A stretch of 64,000 nt of DNA from Octopus vulgaris. Its lineage: Eukaryota. The DNA lies in the NCBI GenBank assembly GCA_951406725.2, contig OX597828.1, positions 59,148,001-59,212,000 of the forward strand. The letters run 5' to 3'. Of this stretch, positions 25,010 to 36,600 are shown piece by piece; the first letter of the stretch is position 1; each line of letters opens with the position of its first letter. The notes under the pieces were generated by a model that saw only the letters and a list, made by a program, of their open reading frames with translations, made no database searches and was not told the origin of the DNA. The position numbers and the translations under genes are program-made.

Positions 25010-26762
25010 TATACTAGAATAGTGACTTTTCTGCTTTATCAACTGGAGTGCTTGTCAGTAATTTTTCTGTACATTGTACTAAGTGTGTTGTGAACATTGT
25101 AGATGTAGGTATTGGTAATTCCTAATATTTTTGTGTTTTGCATGTGTGTATATTATGTTCTAAGTTGTTTAGAGTTTCATGTTGTATCAGGCAGCTTTCA
25201 ATGTTGCTGATAAGAAAACAATTGTTGGTTTTGATTGAGACTTCTTTTCGCTTATTTCTTCTGAAGCCAGTTTTTTAGCCAGCAATTGTAAGTTTGTGCA
25301 GCTGTGTCTGATGATTTATGGACAGACCAGAATATGATGTTGTCTAAAATATCTGTTGGAAAGAGGATGTATTTATGGCTCAGAATGTGTTTTTGTGCAC
25401 CATATTGTATCTGGTTGGTGGCCTGACAGTTAGTTTGAAGCTAATGTTTTATGTTGTTTCCTTATACAATGTTAAGTTGATGGTATTTACAAGCATACAC
25501 ATAATTTTAATTTTTGTTGAAGCCATCATCTTTTCATTATGTCAGGTTTCTGAGTCGTGTAGCTGGTACAACAGTTGAGGGCTGGGTTTCAAATTCATGT
25601 GGAAAGTTGGAGAGGATGATGTCTAGATTTGTGTATCCAAGGTTGAGTGTTTCTAAAAAAACGTTTTTGTATGGTGTATTGGTGGTGGTTTGGAAGGTGT
25701 ATGCAAGCGTGGAGATGTGTTAGGGAGGGTGTATACTAGTGTGTGACTGTGAAAAGTAAGAAAGGATGTATGCAATTTCATGGGCGTGTTTGATGCTATT
25801 TTGGGTGTATTTTGGCTAGGTTTTAGAATCGTTACAGTTTTACTCAGTTTTCAAATTTTCGAGATTTCTCTGCATTGATAAATCATTAGTTAAAAAGTTT
25901 GACAGGTTTAATAATTTTGACAGATGCTTCATTTCTGTCTTGAATGTTTCATAGCTTGTATGTTGCCATATTCTGTTAATGTTGGTTTCAGATTTTGACA
26001 CAAGGCCAGCAATTTCAGGGAAGTGGCTAAGTCTATTACAGTGACTCCAGTGCTCAACTGGTACTTATTTTATTGCTCCAACAAGGATGAAAGGCAAAGT
26101 TGACCTTGGTGGAATTTGAGCTCAGAATATAAAGACGGTCAAAATGCAACTAAGCCTTTTTCTCAAAATGCTAATGATTCTGCCAGCTTGCTGTCTCACA
26201 TTCTGTTAATGTTTCTTATTTCTTTACTGCCCACACAGAGGGGACAAACAAGGACAGACAAAGGGATTAAGTCAATTATACGGACACCAGTGCGTAGCTG
26301 GTACTTATTTAATTGACCCCGAAAGGATGAAAGGAAAAGTAGACCTCAACGGAATTTGAGCTCAGAATGTAATGGCAGACGAAGTACCTATTTCTTTACT
26401 ACCCACAAGGGGCTAAACACAGAGAAGACATCGACCCCAGTGCGTAACTGGTACTTATTTAATCGACCCCGAAAGGATGAAAGGCAAAGTCGACCTCGGC
26501 GGAATTTGAACTCAGAACATAGCGGCAGACGAAATACTGCTAAGCTTTTCACCTGGCGTGCTAACCACTCTGCCAGCTGATCACCTTAAATTCTGTTAAT
26601 GTCAACATATTGTTTGTAGTCTTAAGTATATTTATGAGTCCCTCACTGTGGTTTGGCACATGTTGCCTTACCCTTGTGTAATAGGGACTTGCAAGATCCT
26701 TCAGTTCAGGTTGTAGCAACATTTCATGTATTACTGCAGTGTAAATATCATGTGTGATGAAG

Positions 26763-26970
26763 TATGAGTGGGTGCTGAAAAGTTCTTGGCTTTAAAGACC
26801 TGATTGGAGGCCCAACCTTCTGAGTTCTTCTACAAGGCTTAGAAAAACTGAAGGACTGTGGCAGTAAGTGTGTGTATTTGAGAGGGGAATATGTTTAATA
26901 AAATCATGATTAACTGATCATCCTGTATTTTCTTTTACCCAAAGCCAGCAAATTTTCAGCACCCCTCATA
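26763..26970. mobile_element. mariner-like MITE
   Basis: TIRs TATGAGTGGGTGCTGAAAAGTTCTTGGCTTT and AAAGCCAGCAAATTTTCAGCACCCCTCATA, with TA ends. Confidence 0.8.
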
Positions 26971-27112
26971 TTTTACAAACTTTTAAGATGTTGGTGTTAT
27001 ATTATGTTTAGCTTTTTCGGTAATGGCTATATGGGGACCATAGCATCAAGCATGGCTCACTTTGACTGTTGCTGTGTTAGAACAAATTGAACACACACAG
27101 ATCACCCCTTCC

Positions 27113-27148
<36 letters not shown>

Positions 27149-27522
27149 TCTATAATTATATGCATAATTATAATTAGGGTTCAGCAAAATTTGCTTCACC
27201 ACATACTGAAATTTAGAAATAGCAGTTAAATACTATTCTACTACCATAAGATATCTCTGTCTGAGAGATTTTTGTTCCTAACCCTGAAAGGATGAAAGGC
27301 AAAGTCGATCTCGGCAGAATTTGAACTCAGAACGTAAAGATTGACAAAATGCCACTCAGCATTTTTGCCCAACGTGCTAATGATTCTGCCAGCTCACAAC
27401 CTTCTGCAGGACTAATATTAATTATTGTACATCAGTCAGTATTTAAATTCACTGTTCTTTCTTTTATTTATTCTTAAATATCATCTTCTAATGTTATTCT
27501 TTTGTGACTTATTTCATTTCAG

Positions 27523-27621
27523 TGGTTAATGATGAAAAAACAATCTGCAAGTTTTACAGAGAAGGTCAAAAATGTAAACTTGGATCAAAATGTCCATATA
27601 AACACATAAGAGTACCAGATG
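27523..27621 (+). CDS. Tudor-gene exon: CCCH zinc finger
   Basis: VNDEKTICKFYREGQKCKLGSKCPYKHIRVPD fits C-x8-C-x5-C-x3-H. Acceptor tttcAG, donor GTATGT. Confidence 0.85.
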
Positions 27622-30600
27622 GTATGTTTTTACTTACATTATTAGTGTAAGCAGCACAAAGAATAGATAAATGCAAATCTTCAATTTTACTACATATATT
27701 ATGCTGTGCTACTAGGCAATACATTTAATTTTCCCAGTATGTCTAAAAAAAGTCTTTAAGCACTTGGTATCTTCTAGTTATTCTATATATATCTGAGCCT
27801 TTTTAACTTTTTGCACACTGCATTTTCTTTAGAATTGTTTCCCCTAGTACTGCTCTGTTACTATAGGGGAAAAAACTCACACGGTGATATGATGCACTTA
27901 CAGTGTGCTAAAGGTTAATTGTGGGCTTATTATGAACTCTTTGTGAAGGAACTGGGATTTAGTTTTTAAAGTTGATGTTTTTGTACTTTTAGGAAGTGAA
28001 ATTTATCCTTTATACTAACATTTAACTCTGAAATTTCTGTCTCTAAGAATAAAAATCTGATATCATCTTTACAAAGCAATTAATGTAATTAGCTGTTAAC
28101 TCTTTTATCAAGAAGATACTCTACAGAAGTCAGCAGTTATTATGCATAGCTAATCTAACAGGCATGACTTTGTAGTAAGAAGCTTGCTTCCTAACCACAT
28201 GGTTCTGGGTTCAGTCCCACTGCATGGCACCTTGGGAAAGTGACTTTTACTATAACCTTGGGTTAACTAAAGCCTTGTGAGTGGATTTGGTAGACAGAAC
28301 CTGAAAGTAGCTCATTGTATGTGTATATGTGTGTGTTTGTGTGCGTGTGTGTGTGTTTGTGTGTGTGTATGTGTGTCCTATCACCACTGGACAACTGGTG
28401 TTAGTATATTTACATCCCTGTAACTAAGCAGTTCAGCAAAAGAAACTGATAGAATAAGTGTCAGTCTTAAAAGAAACAAAATTACATAAGTACTACTATC
28501 AGTCCGTTTGACTAAAAATTCTTCAAGGATTGTGCCCCAGCATGGCTGCAGTCCAATGATTGAAACAGATAAAATATAACTCATAATAATGACATTAGTA
28601 TTTTTTAGATTATACTTTACAATGCTTTCCACAAAGTGTCCCTTAGAACTAGAGACAAGCTCCAGTCGTAAACCAGTATTTTTTTTTTTTGTTCCTTCTC
28701 AAGCCATGCCTGGCTCATAAGGGCCGGTTTCCCAGTTTCCTTGGCGTATAGCTTCCCCACCTGGACGGGACGCCGGTCCATCGCAGGTGAGCTGCATGAT
28801 GCAGGAGGAAAGAGTGAGAGAAAGTTGTGGCGAAAGAGTCAGCAGAAGTTCGCCATTACCTTCTGCCGGAGCCGCATGGAGCTTAGGTGTTTCACTCATA
28901 AACACACACATTGCCCGGTCTGAGATTCGAACCCACGATCCCTCGACCGCGAGTCTGCTGCTCTAACCACTAGGCCATGTGCCTCCACAAAACCAGTATA
29001 TTTACAATCTATTAAAACAGTTTACGACAATAAAAAACAAAGTTTTTACTGTAAGCATACTTACCATCATGTGTTGCCTCTCTTTTTGGTTTTCATTATT
29101 TTTACCCAGTATATTTTGACATTTTCTATATTTAATTTTCTTCAGATTGCCTCACAGTTGACAGAAGAGAAGTTGTTTGCAAAGATGATAGTTGTTCTGA
29201 ATTTGAACTACCATTGGTTGGTTCTCTAGTTGGGGTAGAAGTTAGCGCTATCATAAATCCTGCTCACTTTTATTTGATTTTACCTTGGGGCAAGGATGCT
29301 ATCAAAGACCTGCATGACATGCCAGGTAAGAGTACACGCATATTAGTTTTGGAGCTGCTATTACTATTTTATGCATCACTCACTTTTAATTATACATGCA
29401 TTTAATCATTCATATATACGTTTAAGTACATGTATAGAAGCACATTTACCTAGACATACTTAAATACTTTTAACTACACAAACAGAAACACGTTCAGCTA
29501 CATATTCATACAAATACAGACAATGACAAGTCCCTTAAACCCCTGGAGGCCGTTGGGGTGCTGCAGCCATGCAGTGCATCTTGGGTGAGAAAGCCTGGTG
29601 GAGCCCATCCCTCACCAGGCTAAACTCATTTCTACAATTGAGTGGACTAGAGCAACATGTGTTTTGCTCAAAAACACTATGGATCGCCTGGTCCAAAGAT
29701 CAAAACCACAATCTTACAGTCATGAATCCAACACCCTAACCACTAAGTGACGTGCCTCCACTAGTGGTACCCATTTCTACAGCTGAGTGGACTGGAGCAA
29801 CGTGAAATGAAGTGTCTTGCTCAAGAACACAATGCATTGCCTGGTCCAGGAATCGAAACCACAATCTTACAGTCATGAATCCAACACCCTAACCACTAAG
29901 TGACACGCCTCCACTAGTGGTACCCATTTCTACAGCTGAGTGGACTGGAGCAACGTGAAATGAAGTGTCTTGCTCAAGAACACAATGCATTGCCTGGTCC
30001 AGGAATCGAAACCACAATCTTACAGTCATGAATCCAACACCCTAACCACTAAGTGACACGCCTCCACTAGTGGTACCCATTTCTACAGCTGAGTGGACTG
30101 GAGCAACGTGAAATGAAGTGTCTTGCTCAAGAACACAATGCATTGCCTGGTCCAGGAATCGAAACCACAATCTTACAGTCATGAATCCAACACCCTAACC
30201 ACTAAGTGACGTGCCTCCACTAGTGGTACCCATTTCTACAGCTGAGTGGACTGGAGCAACGTGAAATGAAGTGTCTTGCTCAGGAACACAATGCATTGCC
30301 TGGTCCAGGAATCAAAACCACAATCTTACAGTCATGAATCCAACACCCTAACCACTAAGTGACATGCCTCCACTAGTGGTACCCATTTCTACAGCTGAGT
30401 GGACTGGAGCAACGTGAAATGAAGTGTCTTGCTCAAGAACACAATGCATTGCCTGGTCCAGGAATCAAAACCACAATCTTACAGTCATGAATCCAACACC
30501 CTAACCACTAAGTGACATGCCTCCACTAGTGGTACCCATTTCTACAGCTGAGTGGACTGGAGCAACGTGAAATGAAGTGTCTTGCTCAGGAACACAATGC

Positions 30601-33600
30601 ATTGCCTGGTCCAGGAATCGAAACCACAATCTTACAGTCATGAATCCAACACCCTAACCACTAAGTGACATGCCTCCACTAGTGGTACCCATTTCTACAG
30701 CTGAGTGGACTGGAGCAACGTGAAATGAAGTGTCTTGCTCAGGAACACAATGCATTGCCTGGTCCAGGAATCAAAGCCACAATCTTACAGTCATGAATCC
30801 AACACCCTAACCACTAAATGACGTGCCTCCACTAGTGGTACCCATTTCTACAGCTGAGTGGACTGGAGCAACGTGAAATGAAGTGTCTTGCTCAGGAACA
30901 CAATGCATTGCCTGGTCCAGGAATCAAAACCACAATCTTACAGTCATGAATCCAACACCCTAACCACTAAGTGACATGCCTCCACTAGTGGTACCCATTT
31001 CTACAGCTGAGTGGACTGGAGCAACGTGAAATGAAGTGTCTTGCTCAGGAACACAATGCATTGCCTGGTCCAGGAATCGAAACCACAATCTTACAGTCAT
31101 GAATCCAACACCCTAACCACTAAGTGACATGCCTCCACTAGTGGTACCCATTTCTACAGCTGAGTGGACTGGAGCAACGTGAAATGAAGTGTCTTGCTCA
31201 GGAACACAATGCATTGCCTGGTCCAGGAATCAAAACCACAATCTTACAGTCATGAATCCAACACCCTAACCACTAAGTGACGTGCCTCCACTGGTGGTAC
31301 CCATTTCTACAGCTGAGTGGACTGGAGCAACGTGAAATGAAGTGTCTTGCTCAGGAACACAATGCATTGCCTGGTCCAGGAATCAAAACCACAATCTTAC
31401 AGTCATGAATCCAACACCCTAACCACTAAGTGACATGCCTCCACTAGTGGTACCCATTTCTACAGCTGAGTGGACTGGAGCAACGTGAAATGAAGTGTCT
31501 TGCTCAGGAAGACAATGCATTGCCTGGTCCAGGAATCGAAACCACAATCTTACAGTCATGAATCCAACACCCTAACCACTAAGTGACATGCCTCCACTAG
31601 TGGTACCCATTTCTACAGCTGAGTGGACTGGAGCAACGTGAAATGAAGTGTCTTGCTCAGGAACACAATGCATTGCCTGGTCGAGGAATCAAAACCACAA
31701 TCTTACAGTCATGAATCCAACACCCTAACCACTAAGTGACATACCTCCACTAGTGGTGCTCATTTCTACAGCTGAGTGGACTGGAGCAACGTGAAATGAA
31801 GTGTCTTGCTCAGGAACACAATGCATTGCCTGGTCCAGGAATCAAAACCACAATCTTACAGTCATGAATCCAACACCCTAACCACTAAGTGACATGCCTC
31901 CACTAGTGGTACCCATTTCTACAGCTGAGTGGACTGGAGCAACGTGAAATGAAGTGTCTTGCTCAGGAACACAATGCATTGCCTGGTCCAGGAATCAAAA
32001 CCACAATCTTACAGTCATGAATCCAACACCCTAACCACTAAGTGACATGCCTCCACTAGTGGTACCCATTTCTACAGCTGAGTGGACTGGAGCAACGTGA
32101 AATGAAGTGTCTTGCTCAGGAACACAATGCATTGCCTGGTCCAGGAATCGAAACCACAATCTTACAGTCATGAATCCAACACCCTAACCACTAAGTGACA
32201 TGCCTCCACTAGTGGTACCCATTTCTACAGCTGAGTGGACTGGAGCAACGTGAAATGAAGTGTCTTGCTCAGGAACACAATGCATTGCCTGGTCCAGGAA
32301 TCAAAACCACAATCTTACAGTCATGAATCCAACACCCTAACCACTAAGTGACATGCCTCCACTAGTGGTACCCATTTCTACAGCTGAGTGGACTGGAGCA
32401 ACGTGAAATGAAGTGTCTTGCTCAGGAACACAATGCATTGCCTGGTCCAGGAATCAAAACCACAATCTTACAGTCATGAATCCAACACCCTAACCACTAA
32501 GTGACGTGCCTCCACTAGTGGTACCCATTTCTACAGAGTGGACTGGAGCAACGTGAAATGAAGTGTCTTGCTCAGGAACACAATGCATTGCCTGGTCCAG
32601 GAATCAAAACCACAATCTTACAGTCATGAATCCAACACCCTAACCACTAAGTGACATGCCTCCACTAGTGGTACCCATTTCTACAGCTGAGTGGACTGGA
32701 GCAACGTGAAATGAAGTGTCTTGCTCAGGAACACAATGCATTGCCTGGTCCAGGAATCAAACCACAATCTTACAGTCATGAATCCAACACCCTAACCACT
32801 AAGTGACATGCCTCCACTAGTGGTACCCATTTCTACAGCTGAGTGGACTGGAGCAACGTGAAATGAAGTGTCTTGCTCAGGAACACAATGCATTGCCTGG
32901 TCCAGGAATCAAAACCACAATCTTACAGTCATGAATCCAACACCCTAACCACTAAGTGACATGCCTCCACTAGTGGTACCCATTTCTACAGCTGAGTGGA
33001 CTGGAGCAACGTGAAATGAAGTGTCTTGCTCAGGAACACAATGCATTGCCTGGTCCAGGAATCGAAACCACAATCTTACAGTCATGAATCCAACACCCTA
33101 ACCACTAAGTGACGTGCCTCCACTAGTGGTACCCATTTCTACAGCTGAGTGGACTGGAGCAACGTGAAATGAAGTGTCTTGCTCAGGAACACAATGCATT
33201 GCCTGGTCCAGGAATCAAAACCACAATCTTACAGTCATGAATCCAACACCCTAACCACTAAGTGACATGCCTCCACTAGTGGTACCCATTTCTACAGCTG
33301 AGTGGACTGGAGCAACGTGAAATGAAGTGTCTTGCTCAGGAACACAATGCATTGCCTGGTCCAGGAATCGAAACCACAATCTTACAGTCATGAATCCAAC
33401 ACCCTAACCACTAAGTGACGTGCCTCCACTAGTGGTACCCATTTCTACAGCTGAGTGGACTGGAGCAACGTGAAATGAAGTGTCTTGCTCAGGAACACAA
33501 TGCATTGCCTGGTCCAGGAATCAAAACCACAATCTTACAGTCATGAATCCAACACCCTAACCACTAAGTGACATGCCTCCACTAGTGGTACCCATTTCTA

Positions 33601-36600
33601 CAGCTGAGTGGACTGGAGCAACGTGAAATGAAGTGTCTTGCTCAGGAACACAATGCATTGCCTGGTCCAGGAATCGAAACCACAATCTTACAGTCATGAA
33701 TCCAACACCCTAACCACTAAGTGACACGCCTCCACTAGTGGTACCCATTTCTACAGCTGAGTGGACTGGAGCAACGTGAAATGAAGTGTCTTGCTCAAGA
33801 ACACAATGCATTGCCTGGTCCAGGAATCGAAACCACAATCTTACAGTCATGAATCCAACACCCTAACCACTAAGTGACGTGCCTCCACTAGTGGTACCCA
33901 TTTCTACAGCTGAGTGGACTGGAGCAACGTGAAATGAAGTGTCTTGCTCAGGAACACAATGCATTGCCTGGTCCAGGAATCAAAACCACAATCTTACAGT
34001 CATGAATCCAACACCCTAACCACTAAGTGACGTGCCTCCACTAGTGGTACCCATTTCTACAGCTGAGTGCACTGGAGTAACGTGAAATGAAGTGTCTTGC
34101 TCAGGAACACAATGCATTGCCTGGTCCAGGAATCAAAACCACAATCTTACAGTCATGAATCCAACACCCTAACCACTAAGTGACACGCCTCCACTAGTGG
34201 TACCCATTTCTACAGCTGAGTGCACTGGAGCAACGTGAAATGAAGTGTCTTGCTCAAGAACACAATGCATTGCCTGGTCCAGGAATCGAAACCACCATCT
34301 TACAGTCATGAATCCAACACCCTAACCACTAAGTGACGTGCCTCCACTAGTGGTACCCATTTCTACAGCTGAGTGGACTGGAGCAACGTGAAATGAAGTG
34401 TCTTGCTCAGGAACACAATGCATTGCCTGGTCCAGGAATCAAAACCACAATCTTACAGTCATGAATCCAACACCCTAACCACTAAGTGACACGCCTCCAC
34501 TAGTGGTACCCATTTCTACAGCTGAGTGCACTTGAGCAACGTGAAATGAAGTGTCTTGCTCAAGAACACAATGCATTGCCTGGTCCAGGAATCGAAACCA
34601 CAATCTTACAGTCATGAATCCAACACCCTAACCACTAAGTGACATGCCTCCACTAGTGGTACCCATTTCTACAGCTGAGTGGACTGGAGCAACGTGAAAT
34701 GAAGTGTCTTGCTCAGGAACACAATGCATTGCCTGGTCCAGGAATCAAAACCACAATCTTACGATTGTAAATCCAACTCCCTAAGCACTAAGCACATGCC
34801 TCCACAGAGGCCTTTGCAGATACATACACATATACATACACATAGAAAACAACATATGTTCACCCATATATACTCATAGCTTAACACATTTAGATACACA
34901 CAAATATATGTAGAGAAACACTGTTAACTTGACTGACATGCACATCTTATTACTTAATTGATTATTTCGCAGTGACACACTTCTTTGCTTATATTGGGAT
35001 TTTGAGAATGCTTTTTTTCTATTTATTTTTGCTATGAATTTTATAATTTTCTTTTTGTCCAATAGATTACGAAACCAAGGAGGAAACTTTAGCAGACTTG
35101 CAGAAAGATTTACAGTATGAATTTTTTTCCTTCTTTCTTTTATCTTTTTTTTTTTGAGTTCTTCATATTTTTTCTTACAATGGTTTTAGGATATATTTCA
35201 TAATGTTAATTGTTGCAGATTGTGGTGTTGCCATGCAAGAGGAAATGTCTTTCAAACAATGCTTTCCTTATTAACTATAAGATAGAGAAACTAGTTCAAG
35301 AAGAGATATGTCTTTCTCAGAAGCTTATTACAATCTGCTAGTGGGGCACTAAGAGTACCATACGAGCGAGATCGTTACCAGAGCAACAAGCTGGCCTTTG
35401 TGCCGATGGCACCTTAAGCACACCATTCGAGTGAGATCGTTACCTGCATCGCCTTACTAGCACTTGTGCTGGTGGTACATGAAAAAAAACATTCGAGCAA
35501 GGTTGTTGTCAGTGCCGCTGGACTGGCTTCTGTGCAGGTGGCACATAAAAAGCACCATTTGATCGTGGCTGTTGCCGGTAGCACACAACTGGCCCTCATG
35601 CCGGTGGCATGTAACAGCACCCACTACACTCTTGGAGTGGTTGGCATTAGGAAGGGCATCCAGCTGTAGAAACTCTTCCAGATCAGATTGGAGTCTGGTG
35701 CAACCATCTGGTTCGCCTGACCTCAGTCAAGTCGTCCAACCCATGCTAGCATGGAAAGCAAACATTAAACGATGATGATGATGTGTGTGTATCCTTGTCT
35801 TGACATTATGGGATGGTTGTAACTGAGCATCATCGTCATACAAGTAATATTGTTCAATTCCAGTCTTCCATGAAAAACGAAAAACTTGCCTGGCCAAGAG
35901 TTGGATATAAGCTCTATATTGCAGAAAAGAGCACAATTCATAGAAACTTGCAAAAGATTGGATTGCATTTTAATACTAAAACAGAGATCTTGAACTCCTG
36001 CATACACAACACATAATTCATACTTAGACAATGGACACCTATTCAGCCCACAGCCCCCTTTCATCCAAGGAAAAATTTTGCATGGATACAGATGGAGCAG
36101 TCGTTGAAAATTTTCATTAAAGTTTTGATGAAAGATTTATAAATCTATTTGTTTTGGTATCATAATTAAATTATAAACAACATTTTATCAGTTTGTTTTT
36201 AAATTTGCTCTGTTTCATTGAAATAGATAGTCAATTCTGGGACACCCTACATTTCTCTTTATATCTGTATATATTTGGTGATATTTCTCTGTATAAACCC
36301 ATGTCTCTGACATAATACTTTTCTATGTAAACTTGTGTATCTTAGGTAATACTCCTCTATATAAACTTGTGTCTGTCATAATTAATATTTCACTATATAA
36401 AACTGTTTAAGTATCTTATGTAATATTTCTCAGTATAAACCTGTATATCTTATGTAATATTTTTCTATATTTGTTGTCCTCTTACAGAGACTTCTATAAG
36501 TTGTCTTTTCCCAAAACTGAAGAGAATCTGTTTTGGGGAATTGGTGAATTAGTTGCAGCCCGGGCTGTCGTTGATCAAGACTGGTACAGAGCACGCATCT

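Noticed and set aside
29627-34805. CRISPR array or tRNA gene cluster
   Set aside because: Units are wholly repeated with no unique spacers and there are no cas genes. The units match a SINE head and I could not fold an intact tRNA cloverleaf.
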